A stretch of 63,281 nt of DNA, filler included, from Octopus bimaculoides (GCF_001194135.2; 6 parts of 5 records of this genome joined end to end with filler, not necessarily neighbours in it), one strand, 5' to 3'; positions 38,953 through 53,040 are shown, counted from the whole stretch's first letter. The notes: a model not told the origin generated them from the sequence alone. A program made the numbers and translations.

Positions 38953-41159
38953 CATACACATACATATACGTAAATATGTATGCATGTGTTATATATATAT
39001 ATATATATACATACATATATATACATATATATACATATACATATATATACATACATATATATATACATACATATATATATATGCATACATATATACATAC
39101 ATATATACATATATATATACAAACATACATATACATATGTTTATATATATATATATATATTTCTACGCACACGACACGCACACACGCGCGTTTATGATAT
39201 TTGTTGGGCATTTTATCGAGCCTTCAACCTCTGAAACTTGTATGAATGTGTATGTATGTATATGCACATACGTATATATGGATACGTGCGTGTATGTGCG
39301 CACCTATGAATGAAATATTTATTAATATTATGCCAATTAAATACAATAAGTTTTAATATAATTAAATATAAGTTTTCGTAAAAAAGGAAACAATAATCCT
39401 TTTTTTTTTTTCTGTAATATATATTTATATAAATCTATATATTTATATAGATTTAATATATGTAGCATTTGATTACAGCGATGTGTCGTGTAGTTCCTAA
39501 AAGAAATAAAGACCAAGTTATCAATAAGTCACTGATTCAATTCATTGTCTGAAAACAATTCACAGAAGTTAAAACATGAAAATACAATAATATACACTTA
39601 CCTGATATTTTGTTGATCTTTTCGAAGACGAAAATTGTGTGATATATATCCTATACAGTTGTTGCTAAGTGCTGAGAATATTAAAAATGCATCAATATTA
39701 AAACAGGTATTCCGAATATTTTTTTAAACAATGTAAACGTAAAACCCCCAAATATTTGTTTAAGTTAGCCCTCTCTGCTTTCGTCTGCCAATACCCGATC
39801 TACATCCACCCGTTCATTCAACTTTTATTCAGACCAACGGGTAGCCAGCTTCGACGTCGTCTCTCACTTAATAGACACACTGCTAGCTGCTTGTAACCTA
39901 CTCTGGTTTCATTGCTGTGAACGCGTACGCGTGCGTGATCACAAACACACACATACACTCTCGCACGCACACATACACACAGGTACACACACACGTACAC
40001 ACACCGGTTCCCCGCACACACCTATACACATACCCACACATTGTTTATTTCTCTCTTTTGTCATTCTTTCTCTCTCTCACAAACGTAAAAATATACTCAT
40101 ACATTTACTCATACTGTACTGTCATACTCAGAAACGCGCGCGCGCACGCACGCACACACGCATAAACACATACACACACATATATATATACTGACACGCG
40201 CTCGCGTTGCCCAAATAATTATATACACACATATACAAACTCATACGCATATACACTCGCACACTTAAAAGAAAACATACACCGACAAACAATCCAAAAC
40301 AAATATACATGTACATACACGCACAAGTATGAATACATACATACATAAATACATGCATACATACATACATACACACTCTTTTCACTCAGATAATTACACA
40401 CACACACACACACACACACACCCGCGCACATACAAAAATATACATACTCATACACATACTCAAAAGAAAAAAACATACACGCCATCACACACTCGAAACA
40501 TTTAACACATACATACACACCCGTACAAACAGATACGCGCAAACATACATACACACATACGTACGCGCATACACACATACATACACACATACATACGCGC
40601 ACACACAGATACACAGGAGAATTTTCTCAGTTTTGTCTTTCGATAGTCCGTTTAATAATGTTGTCTTTCTTTCTCCTTTTTCAACATTATAAGTCAATAA
40701 CTTATTATCTCCAGTGTTAACGATGTCAACACATTCTTTAAATAAATTTTTAAAATGTACCTGAAAATAAAGAACAAAAATAGATTTATTTGAAGAGAAT
40801 TTTCTCAATTTGTCTTTTGATAATCTGTTCAATGAATTTTTATTCAATTTTCTACATTTAGAGTCAGTGACTTATTATTTCCAATTATAATGATGGGGGG
40901 ATTATCTGAAAGCGGTCATCGTCATTTTGAGATAGCAAAACAAAGGTAAGTTAAAAAGCAGTAGCAGCCTGGGGAACAGTAGCAGCAGAGATTTAACAGG
41001 TATTTACTAGGTACATACATATAAGTCCAGATTGTATTTTTAAAATGCACTTAATCGACAATAAAACGTTGTTTTCTGTTAGCTTTCCAACCTAGTTTCC
41101 ATATGTAAAAAAAAATTTTTTTTAACTTCTATTTTTATCCCCTAATATGCGCAAACATT

Positions 41160-41333
41160 CTGTAGTTAAGAAGTCGCTTTTCAACTACGTGGATTCGGGT
41201 TCAGTCCTACTGCGCGGCATTGTGGCCAAGTGTCTTTTTCTGTTGCCTTGAGCTAACCAGCGCCTGGTGAGAGGATTTGGAAAACAGAAACTGTGGTGGA
41301 AACCCATCGTGTGCGTGTGTGATGTGGGCGCGT

Positions 41334-41391
<58 letters not shown>

Positions 41392-41970
41392 ATGCTTGTA
41401 CCCCACCATCGTTTGACAACCAGTGTCGGTTTGTTTACTTCCACATAACCATGCAGTTCAAAAAAAGTGAATGACAGAATAAGTACTGGGCTTACAAAAA
41501 TTAGTACTGGGTCGATTTGTGCAACTAAACCAGTTATTTTCAACCGAGGTCCATTATGGGTTCCATATAACAATTTGTTAAAATTTATCTGCAATAAATT
41601 GCTTATACTTCTACAGGCTGTGTGGTAAGAAGCTTGCTTCCCAACCACATGATTACGGGTTCAGTCCCACTGCATGGCACCTTCGCCATGTGTTTTCTAC
41701 TATAGCCTCGGGCCGACCAAAGCCTTGTAAGTGGATTTGATAGACGGAAACTGAAAGAAGCGCGTCGTATATATATATGTGTGTGTGTGTGTGTCTCACC
41801 ATCGCTTGGTAACTGATGTTGGTGTGTTTACGTCCCTGTATCTTAGCGCTTCGGCAGAAGAGACAGATAGAATACGTACTAGGCTTACAAAGTCCTGGGG
41901 TCGATTTCTTCGACTAAAACCCTTTAAGGCGGTGCTCCAACATGGTCGCAATTAGATAACTAAAACAAAA
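41160..41970 (+). mobile_element. Two tandem SINE family A copies (41160-41530 diverged; 41615-41970)
   Basis: Homology to the family pattern. Confidence 0.8.
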
Positions 41971-42534
41971 CAATAATAGAATAAATTCCTGATAATATTT
42001 AAATACAGTAGCATTTTTTTTCCTTATACATCGAATGGCTTTGAGGGTCCATTAAACTAAAATAGGAATCAAAGGGGTCTGTAGATAAAAAATGGTTGAG
42101 AACCACTGAAATACATTAAAAAAATGAAAGGAAAAACAGCTAAATAAAAGAGTCTCTAGATGGTCGCCAAACCTGCTAGAAATAGTGGCCGTATATTCCT
42201 CAAATTACACTGCCCTTTTTGAAAACAAGACACTGGATTCAGGACACACAAAGCTGGGATGGTTAAGGCTAGAAGTGCTTTTGATCCAGGACCAGCTCGA
42301 TTGTGGCTGAACTGGTGCTACACAACTTTCCTCTTTTAGAACCTGTAATGAAGTTCTTACGTGGACGCTCGACTGGCTATAAATAGCAACCAAATCTCAA
42401 ATCCGGGAGTTGATATCGATCCCAAGGGCTTGATGTGACTATCCTTGGGGTTTGATAAATACTTGCCAGCCAAAAGTGGCGGGTGTAATCGACTGAATAT
42501 TGAAATTTGACATCTGTTTCTTCTATTTGTTTAT

Positions 42535-42925
42535 TTTTGTCTTTTACTTCCCCAGTCTTTAGACCACGGCCATGCTGGGGTACCGCCTAAAAAAGTTTAG
42601 TCGAGCAAATCGACCTCAGTACTTAATTTTTTTGTCAAACCGCTGAATCATAGGACATAAGCAAACCAATACCGGTTGTCAAGCGGTGGAGGAGACAAAC
42701 ATACAGAGACAACCACTGACACACAATCACACATACATACGCATGTACACATATATTATATACAACGCGCTTCCACACAGTTTCCGTCTCCCAGTTTCAT
42801 TTACAAAGCATTAATCGGCCCGAGGCTAAAGTAGAAGACACTTTTCAATATTTCACGCAGAGTGAACTGAACCCGATACAATGTAATTTCAAAGCGAGTT
42901 TTACACACACGCCCATACCTGCAGC
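42535..42925 (-). mobile_element. SINE family A (diverged)
   Basis: Homology. Confidence 0.7.
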
Positions 42926-42956
42926 CATGAGTATATGCCAAAGACTATGAGCCATG

Positions 42957-43197
42957 CAGGGCCGGCCCTAGGGTTTCTGGCGTTTCGGGCAAGCTGAACA
43001 TCGGCGTGTACAAGCTGTCTTTGTCACGCCCTCCTTGGCGCCCCTTAGCACATGGTTCCCCGAGTGACTGCCCGAGTTACCAGTACCTTGAGCCAGCCCT
43101 GGAGCCAGCCCTGGAGCCAGCCCTGGAGCCAGCCCTGGAGCCAGCCCTGGAGCCAGCCCTGGAGCCAGCCCTGGAGCCAGCCCTGGAGCCAGCCCTG
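42957..43197. mobile_element. Non-autonomous hAT-like element (241 bp) with 8-bp TSD GAGCCATG
   Basis: Left end CAGGGCCGGCCC, right end GAGCCAGCCCTG (reverse complement CAGGGCTGGCTC); GAGCCATG at 42949-42956 and 43198-43205. Confidence 0.8.
43090..43197 (+). repeat. Perfect 12-bp minisatellite (GAGCCAGCCCTG)x9
   Basis: Direct reading; 108 bp. Confidence 0.97.
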
Positions 43198-43313
43198 GAG
43201 CCATGCCTGCACCTATAAACCTTGCCTGCTCCTGTATTTGCATAACAAGTAAAAATATATAAAATAATACAATAAAATGCAATTTGATGATACATATTTC
43301 TGATTTATATGTA

Positions 43314-43730
43314 TTGGGTCATCCCATAAATAATGCGGTTTTTATGCTTCTTTTATTTTTCAAAATTGAGATGAAGTTCTTTTTTAATCTAAAATATATT
43401 CTCCTTCATTTTCTACAATGCTCTTCCATCTATCTGGTAGGCTTGCAAGGCCCCTCTTCCAAAATTCACTTGTCTGTGACGAATAATATTCCTCCAGTAC
43501 TGTTCTGCCCTAGTTTACAGAATTCATATTTTTACCATCCAAATGATTTTGAAGACTGCAGAATAAATGATAATCAGATGGGACAATGTCCGGCGAATAT
43601 GGTGGGTGGGCATCGTTTCCCCATTCAAACTACTCCAGCCTTTTGAATGTCATCCTCGCTGTATGTGGTCGAGCATCATCCTGATGAAAGAACACGTTTC
43701 GTCTTGAAACCAAAGATGGTCATTTTTCTT
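43314..43730 (-). mobile_element. Mariner (DD34D) transposase C-terminus with terminal TIR
   Basis: VFFHQDDARPH..HPPYSPDIVPSDYHLF.SLQNHL..LPDRW..IVENEGEYI; TA+TTGGGTCATCCCATAA end. Confidence 0.88.
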
Positions 43731-43779
43731 ATGGCCTATTTAAGTATTATAGTCCAATCCTCAAGTGTATCAGTAACGA

Positions 43780-44800
43780 ATTGTAGTTTGACCTTAAAAG
43801 TAATATAAAATGTGACATAATTTTCAATCTTGGAGGATTGCTTCCTTTCCAGAGTATTACTGCGGTCGCTAGCGACGGTACACCTGAAATTGTTGACCGT
43901 TCCTGAGGATCTGTGGCCATACTCAAGGGAAGAAATTCCGATGTACATAGTGTTCATTGCGTATTACACATTGCGCGCTTCGAAGAAACCCGATAGTGGA
44001 TTGTATGATACTTTCGAAGTCTATATCAAATCAATCGATAAAATTAAAGCACATTTCAATCCTCGACTATTTGCAATGTTATGTGGTAAAAAAAAGGGCT
44101 GATATTTTCAGTTAATTACTTTTGCACACGGAGATAAAGTGATTGCTGTCAACTTGTATGACTGAAGTTTAAAGTTTCTTACCAATGTGACATGTTGAAA
44201 ATTGTTGGAAACTTCTGTTCAATCTGTCAGACCCAAATCCTAACTTCAATGAAGTCAGAAGCATCCACACGGTAAAGATGTTACAATTATTCAGATCCAA
44301 ACAATTTTCGTTACGCTCCCAAGTCTAAACAAAGTTATTTAAGTCTACATTGGAACGTAAATATTTTAAGCATGTTTCAAATATAGGGCGATCAGGGATG
44401 GAGAAGCTGAATTTATTTCAGATCGCTACCTGAAGTTATAAGTAAAGCCGCTTGAAAATTTAAGGAAGAATTAATTTAAAGTACATTTCGAGGATCTGAA
44501 GGTAAAGCACGTACTGCACTCATTCACTCTTAGTTTGTAACTTGGTAGCATCCGACTTGCTTACTGAATTGTCAGCGGGATACAACTAGCAACGAAATAA
44601 CGTGGTACAACTTGACCTTTTATACAGAGAAATTGTTCTAAATAGAAATAGGTTTCATATTTATCGATCTCTTTGCAATAACGAAAAAATCTAGTGGATT
44701 GTTTCTTGTCGTTTCCATGGGTCATTTTCATAGTTTTGAAGGTGAGTAGCTTGATGAAGAGGAAAAGAAGAGACCACACTCATAAAGTCCAGTTAAATAT
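43780..44800 (+). mobile_element. Degenerate hAT transposase (Buster/ZBED5-like)
   Basis: ITAVASDGTP; DVHSVHCVLH; DKIKAH.NPRLFAMLC; LLLHTEIK. The 3' limit is uncertain. Confidence 0.7.
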
Positions 44801-45189
44801 AATTTGACTTCTTCTAAAAGTCCATTAATGTCCTTGAGTGAATCTTTCAAAATATTGAAGTTAACGAGGACAAACACTATCCGCAAACTTGGGTAGAAGA
44901 GAATATGTGTAGGCAGTCTTCCGAGGCATCACCGATTGTCATTTTATATCTTCCCCTGTACTATCTAATTGCTGGTTTCTGCTGGAGAACCTTTTGTATT
45001 CGTACCCTCTGATTAACAGCATTATGCAAAAACAGTCGAGATGGGTTAACGATAGCGGTTGTAAAATCCCACAACACTAGATTATCATTAAAGTCTCAAA
45101 GCCTCCCCACTCTTGTTCTAAAATTTAATAAAATTACTCACCTCGCGAAGGGGATAATTTGCTGAAATTGTGTTTGTGAACATACATAC

Positions 45190-45224
<35 letters not shown>

Positions 45225-45233
45225 TGTGTGCGC

Positions 45234-45267
<34 letters not shown>

Positions 45268-47589
45268 GTGCGTGTGTGTATGTCTGTGTGTACGCTGATT
45301 TCAAATTTATGCATATATGTCTTACATTATTATTTTTTACAGTTGAATTACAAATTTTAAAGGTGTTTGTCTTATCGACATTAACAAACATGGCTCCTGT
45401 GAGATGGATGTACAGTCGATCTCACTGGTTCATTAACTGCTGGTATAGAGTTGGAATGAAATGAAGTTGCAGAGGTGGAATGAAGTGACTTCCACATGAC
45501 ATTAATTTTTAGGGCCTGACAATCATTATAAAAATGTACACTTCTAAATATCAGTTGGAATTGCAGGCCTGCAAGTCCTTGTTTTTTCGCAGTATCTTCA
45601 CATATTTGTGGAGCATGTTCATCATTGAATGTACTAATTGCTTCTTCTCCAGCCCCAAATATCACATAATAGTAGAGGGTTGACTCCGATGTCACCAGTC
45701 AAAGAATATGAATAATGAACTTCAGGTTAGTTAAAACGTTTGTAACATTTCAACGTCTTAAGGCAAATTCACTGCAGCTACCGTGGAGAAAAAAATTCTC
45801 TCGTATGGTAAAAGGTATAAAAACACTATGTCTGCTCAGTGTTGCTCCTGTCGGATTCCCAAACGTAGCGTTTGTAGCTCTTTAGCTATTATCAATGGGA
45901 GATACTGAAGAGAGGTAACTCTGGACAGATTTAAAGCTGTAGCTTTAACTAAAACAGTCAGCAGCATTGACTGAGTTGCGCTATTAAACCGCCAGATCGG
46001 GAGAAAAGCAGCCGTATCAGCGCCAAATAGTGTTTTGGTCATAAAGGAACTTCAGGTTAGTTAAAATATGTTTGTGACATATTTCAACTTCTAAAGGCAA
46101 ATTCATTGCAACTTCCATGTGTAAAAATTCTCTCTTGTGATAAAAGGGTGTAAAAACACCATATCTGCCCAGTGTTTCCCCCTGTCGGAATCCCAGACGC
46201 AGCATTGTAGCTCTTTAGTCGTTATCAAATTTAAATACCGAAGAAAAGTAACTCTCAAGTTCCTATGGTCTCAGTTAAGGACTCACACTCCACAAGTGTT
46301 TGCAATTTTGTTATCTTAAAGAGTCTTTCAAATCATTTTCTAATGATCGTCTCTGGTGATTTTGTTGTGAAGTTTCTAGTTTCACTCGAACTCGTTCCCT
46401 CGAAAATACAGCTATACGGGATGTTACCCGTCTCTTGTAATTATGCTTTGTTCCTGTATTAACTTTGCATCTCTATTGACAAATTTCTCTCACAGACAAT
46501 ATTTGAAGGGTTTCTTTTTATTTTTACTTCAGTCTCGAGTAGTCTTCAAGACTGAATCTCTCTGGAAAGACTCAGTGCGTCTTTAGAATCTAATGAATCC
46601 AGGGAGATCATTATATACTGCAACAAGAGCAAAGGGCTAGGTGCATTTTTTTTCTTTTACCCTTTTAAGGTGTACTCCATATGTTCAAAACACAAACACA
46701 CACACACGTGCGTGTGTATTTGATAATCTGGTAAACTTCGTGCAGATCTAAAAGAGATGCTTGTTAGTTTCTGCTATTGTGAGTGTAGTTTGTTAGGATA
46801 TAGGTTGAGAGCTAGCTGAATTTGTTACACTGGGAATGAAATAACTATAGTTAGAGATAGCAATCCTTAGTTATAATTATTTCACTTGCTGTACGCCATA
46901 GCGTATAACCTCCGATAACGTATAACCTTCACAAACACAGTTCCAGTACTCTTGGCATTAACTAACAATTGTTGTTGTTCATGTTTAGTCTCAGGTCATT
47001 CTTGCATATACAGACCAATGAACAAAGGTATTTCCGCCATGATCAACTCACCTCTTTTCTCGTTCACGGTGTTTACAAGACTGTGCCCTTTCTTTTTATG
47101 ATGATTGTAGTGTATGATTTAAAGGAAAATTGATTATTTCAAGTAGGTCGAACCATGACAAGAGACTTCCTTGTTGACTGAATAACTAAGTTATTATGAT
47201 TGCAACAGTCAAATGATTGACTCAATCACACTTATATATGGTATTTTATGGCAATTAAGACGCACCCCTCCCCCCAAAAAAATGTCTCACAAAATCACCC
47301 CGGGTCCTCCTACTTACAAAGTTGAACCTCCCATAAGCTAATTCTCTTTTTTCTGAAAATGCGCTGCTGTAATTGGGCTGCGTCAAATATGTCCGTGTGT
47401 CTTTTATGCCATCAAATACGGTAATGGAATGTCCCCAGTATCGATTATGAATATTCAGATGGCCCATCTACGGAGCTGCCAGCTCAGTGAATTAACCTGT
47501 AAGTGGTTGAATATTCCACAGATACGCGGACTCTTAACATAATTTTCAAGTAGAATCCATGCTTCGCTATTTAATTACATATACATAGG

Positions 47590-47985
47590 TTCAGGCATGA
47601 CTGTGTGGTTAACAAACTCGCTTTGCAGTCACGTGGTTTCGGGTTCAGTTCCACAGTGCAGTTCCTTGTGCAAGTGATTTTTACTATAGCCGACCAGTGC
47701 CTTGTGAGTGACTATGGTAGACGGAAACTGTGGGGGAGCCCGTTGTATAAATATATGTGTGTGCGTATGTGTCTTGGTGTCTGTGTTTTTCCCCAATCAT
47801 TGCTTAGGAACCAGTGATGGTTTATTTACGTTCCCGTAGTTTGGTGGCTCAGAAATAGAGACCGATAGAATAAGAGCTAGATTTTAAAAAATAAATACTG
47901 GGGTCGAGTTGTTCGACTAAACTCTTCAAAGCGGTGCCCCAGTATGACCGCAGTCTAATGACTGAAACAAATAACAGATAAGACT
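47590..47985 (+). mobile_element. SINE family A (diverged)
   Basis: Homology. Confidence 0.75.
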
Positions 47986-48559
47986 TTTAAACAAGCATCT
48001 ATTCGATAAGCTTCTGCAAACTTTCCGTCAACGTAGTTTTACCAACTCGAGACTATAGTAAAAGACAGTCGCCGAGGATGTGACACAGCTGGTTGCAAAG
48101 AGTATTTCTTAATAAATCAACCACGTTGTCATCAATGAAACAGCTGTTGATAGTTTATATTTATTCATTCGCCGAAGCATGTTAAGTAATTCTGAATCAA
48201 GGAAATTAGGCAAAAAATATGCTCTTTTCTTATAGAACTATTTCGTTTGGAAGACGACACAAACAAGATCAAGCTTATCGATTGAAGACTATGTCTCGAA
48301 AGGAACAGCTGACGAATCAATGAAGAAACTTCTACCCTGATATGGGCAACCATTTTTGAGAAGTGGGCCGCACTACTAAAAAAAATATTAAAGGTAATTT
48401 TTCTTTTGGCGCGTCATTCAGAAAGTTCAGCGGGCTACAGTTTGCTCATGACTGTTCCACGCGGTCCCAAGTCCTCTTAAAAATAACAGTCAAACTTTGC
48501 TTGAATCATATACTATAGCCTTTTAATTTACATACATACATACATACATACATATATGG

Positions 48560-48975
48560 GCGTAGGTATGGCTGTCTGGTAAGAAGTTTGCTTCCCAACC
48601 ATATGGTTCCAAGTTCAGCCCCAATGCGTGTCACCTTCGGCAAATGTCTTCTACTAGAGCGTCGGGCTGACCAAAGTCTAGTGAGAGGATTTGATAGACA
48701 GAAGCTAAAAGAAGCCCGTCGTATAAAATATACGTATTCGTGTGTATGTGTGTGTGCGCGCGCGCATTTGTCTTCCACCACCGCTTGACAACCGGTATTA
48801 GTGCGCTTACGTCCCCATAACTTAGCGGTTCGGCAAAAGAGACCCGATAGAATAAGTACCAGGCTTAAAAAGGAAACAAGTACCGGGGTCAATTCGTTCG
48901 ACTAAAATTCTTCAAGGTGGTGCACCAGCGTGGCCACAGTCTAATAACCAAAACAAGTAAAAGATAAAAGATGAA
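48560..48975 (+). mobile_element. SINE family A, full length
   Basis: Homology. Confidence 0.85.
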
Positions 48976-49114
48976 AGATATGAGATAATGTAGTCCTAGA
49001 AATGCTGCAATATCTGAATAAAAGATAGAATAGTCAAAGCTGAAATACCCTCGGCTTATAGGTTTTCTTGATCGGAGCTGATATAAGGCTGAACAGTATA
49101 AACATCTGTATGTA

Positions 49115-49345
49115 AGGGCGGCGTGCTGGCAGAAACCTTAGCATGCCGGGCGAAATGCTTAGCGGTATTTCGTCTGCCGTTACGTTCTGAGTTCAAATTC
49201 CGCCGAGGTCGACTTTGCCTTTCATCCTTTCGGGGTCGATAAATTTAGTACCAGTTACGCACTGGCGTCGATGTAATCGACTTAATCCCTTTGTCTGTCC
49301 TTGTTTGTCCCCTCTATGTTTAGCTCCTTGTGGGCAATAAAGAAA
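49115..49345 (+). mobile_element. SINE family B, full length
   Basis: Homology. Confidence 0.88.
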
Positions 49346-49452
49346 CAAGTATAAACATCTGTGTGTTCAATTCCTCTGTCGATTCACATTTTTGCTGTAA
49401 ATAAACTGTAGGCAGACAATGTTGGCTGCAACGTTAGGCTAACTACCAGATA

Positions 49453-49561
<109 letters not shown>

Positions 49562-49974
49562 TGTGCGTGTGTGAATGTGCGAGCGTGCGTGTTTCAAGTC
49601 CTGAGAAATTAGCAGTGGTTCGTGAGACTAAATTGGGGAATTCAGTGAATTATCAATAGAAGTTTTGTGAGATGAAACTTGAAACCAGGTGACCTTCGTG
49701 TAAACTGCTTTCGTATTACATCTGTCCTCTATTTTCGTAGAGATTCGCTAAGTGACATTCTAGGTGGTTAATTTTCTGTCGAGTAGATTTTTGATCTGAC
49801 CTTAATATATTTCAAAAGTTGCATTGGATTAAAATAGAATCTTATTTTTAAACAGGATTATGGTTCATTAGATTCAGTCTCAGCAAACATAAGTATTTAC
49901 ACACAAACACATACACCCACGAACACACATCTACATACAGATATATATGTGTGTGTGTATGTGTGGTGTGTGTG

Positions 49975-50117
49975 ACTGTGTGGTATGAAGCTTGATTCCC
50001 TACCACATAGTTCTGGGTCCCACTGCGTCGCAGCTTGGGCAAGCGTCTTCTACTATAGGCTCGGGTCGACGAAAGCCTTGTGAGTGAGTTTGGTAGGCGG
50101 AAACTGAGAGAAAACTG

Positions 50118-50120
<3 letters not shown>
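49975..50120 (+). mobile_element. SINE family A, 5' half
   Basis: Homology; followed by (TG)n and then the Tc1/mariner element. Confidence 0.8.
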
Positions 50121-50175
<55 letters not shown>

Positions 50176-50178
50176 ATA

Positions 50179-51188
50179 CAGAGTGTCCATATAGTCTCTT
50201 TACAATTTCAAAAATGTATTGCAAAAGCAAATAAATAGATAAATCTGTGGAAATTGTCACAAAATGAGGTGTAGATATTGAAGTTTGTGTTTGCCTCGTT
50301 TAATACATCTTTATATGAGCATTATTAGTTGCACGAAGCACATCAAGACGGTAATTAATGTCATGCCATGTTCGTTGTAGCACAGCCTTACCAATGGTGG
50401 CAATGGCATAGCCTTATCAATAGTGGCAATGACTTCAGGTCGTTGATGTCCCGTATCTTTGTTCGATACACGATGTCTTTAAAGTAACCCCATAGAAAAA
50501 AAGTCCAGGAGAGTATTATCCGAGGAACGAGGTGGCCAGGGAATCCACCTGCCTGAAAATGTTTAATTTAGGAACCCACGAACGTGCAGTCCCCAATGTG
50601 GTGGTGCACATCCTGCTGCAAAATGATGGTTGGTTGAAGGTCATCCAGTTGTGGTACCACGTATTCAGTCAAAAGGTCAAGGTAAACATTTGCCGAAATT
50701 GATCTCTTTGTAAAGGAAAATGGATCGATGATTCGATTGCTCATCATCCCCCACCAGACATTCCCCCTTGGTCTATCTCGGTGAAGTGCCCTAGTCACAT
50801 GGGGGTGTTCTGATTCCCAGATCCTCAAATTATGTGTTCAGTTTCCCTGAAACATGGAAGGTTGCCTCATCACTAAAATGAATTCGGGTGAGGAACGTGA
50901 CGATGAATGTCTTCCTTACATAATCTTGCAGTTTCGCTGGGTCTGTGTGTCTGATTTTGTTTCAATAGACCACGAAGCACATTGTACTTTTTCTTGAAGG
51001 GTAGCCATTTTTTTAGAGTTTCATTTAACTGAACATTTTCCATAATTGGGTACCTGAAAAACACAAATGCAATGTGGTTAAAAACTTTGATAATCACTGA
51101 GTCCATAGAACAAAACTGATAAACATATCCCATCAATTGCCTATGTAATAAATTTTTGAAATTGTAAAGTGACTTTACAGAAACCTCG
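50179..51188 (-). mobile_element. Internally deleted Tc1/mariner element (DUF4817-type N-terminus) with TIRs and TA TSDs
   Basis: MATLQEKVQCASWSIETKSD; NVWWGM..IIDPF..YLDLL..PQL..IILQQD; termini CAGAGTGTCC..TTTACAATTTCAAAAA and the inverse at 51160-51188. Confidence 0.88.
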
Positions 51189-51586
51189 TATATATATATA
51201 TATATATATATATTTCCCGAAGAAGCAGAAATGTGCATTTAACATACGACAAAGTGTTCCCTGATGACCCGGTTGTAGTTGAGCATCTAAATACACTTGG
51301 AACACATACCTCAGGACCCCAAACAACCATAATGGAGAAGTGCATGTAAGGAACTAAAATTACGTCTATCCTTATTTCTCTTGTATAGAGACATACATAT
51401 ATACATACTTTGTGTGCATGCGTATATGTACGTATATATATATGTATATATATANNNNNNNNNNNNNNNNNNNNNNNNNNNNNNNNNNNNNNNNNNNNTT
51501 AATTAATTAANNNNNNNNNNNNNNNNNNNNNNNNNNNNNNNNNNNNNNNNNNNNATTCACACACTAAAAACAATAGACTATAATTA

Positions 51587-52225
<639 letters not shown>

Positions 52226-52269
52226 ATTCGAAATGGAAAATACAGTGAAATGCGATAAACGTATTCATA

Positions 52270-53040
52270 ATATACCAAGTATGAGTGATGCCGTCCTCCT
52301 GAGAGAGGAGAAACTCAAATTAGGGGCCAATCAAGGAACTCCACAGATCCAGGATTAACCTGACCAACAAAAGACGAGCCTTTGTCCACCTGTTGTTCTC
52401 TAGCCTACAGCTCAGAGAAATGTCATTCATTCTACCCATTTTTGCCACAGTCACTCGTATTTTCCCAAATTCATTCGGAAGTAGCGCTTCTCTCCTCCCC
52501 CCTCTCTCTCTCTCTCCCTCTCCTCACTTTCCTTTCCCCGTGGCAATTAAAATCGTCGTTGACGAACGTGTTTTTCTTCAATCCTTTCAGTCTCACCCAT
52601 CACACAACGTCATTGACGATAGCTACATGACAGATCTACATCACTTGCCCTGTTTTGTTAAAAGTAGGTGTTGGGGCGGTCCTCACGATAGATTTGGTGG
52701 CTAGTCGGTTTTGTCCCACATGCGATAACAGAAGTTCGACATAACTCAACAAGTCTGTAGTACTCGGACGCTGTGCAGGTGCTCTGCGTGCATCTCGGAT
52801 AAATCCTGTTTGGTAGCATTTTTGTGCTTGTAGACATTATCTCCCGCCGTCAGTGACTTTTGGTAGCACTACCAGTTAAGAGATTTCTAGAAATTATCTC
52901 TGGCAGTACTGGGCCCACAAGTCCTCCAAAGCAGACCAGCTAGATCAATCTCACTGACGTCTAGAGTTTCATCAAAAACGTCGTCGCTCATACCAACCAT
53001 AAGATTTCTATAATGACCAACAGACTTTTTCGGCACAAGA
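52270..53040 (-). mobile_element. Degenerate Tx1/L1-clade LINE 3' end, same family as 3080-4045
   Basis: DNA aligns with 3655-3795 (gagatgca.gcagag..agacttgt..gacaaa..tat.gtga.ga); DLLSYVELLLSHVGQ versus DLWACIEQLLSRVRQ. Confidence 0.7.

Noticed and set aside
42968-43295. ORFs with (APGL)n, (LEPA)n, (SQPW)n and (AGSR)n repeats
   Set aside because: All are translations of the 12-bp TIR-derived array; no splice or homology support. It is also not a CRISPR array, as there are no spacers.
47255-47467. GHLNIHNRYWG, resembling a LINE endonuclease GDFNAH..WG motif (similar faint traces at 45400-45700 and 31885-32160)
   Set aside because: Too degenerate to assign or delimit without a profile search.
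51215-51350. Short plus-strand frame NVHLTYDKVFPDDPVVVEHLNTLG
   Set aside because: No homology recognised, weak splice context and no partner exons.
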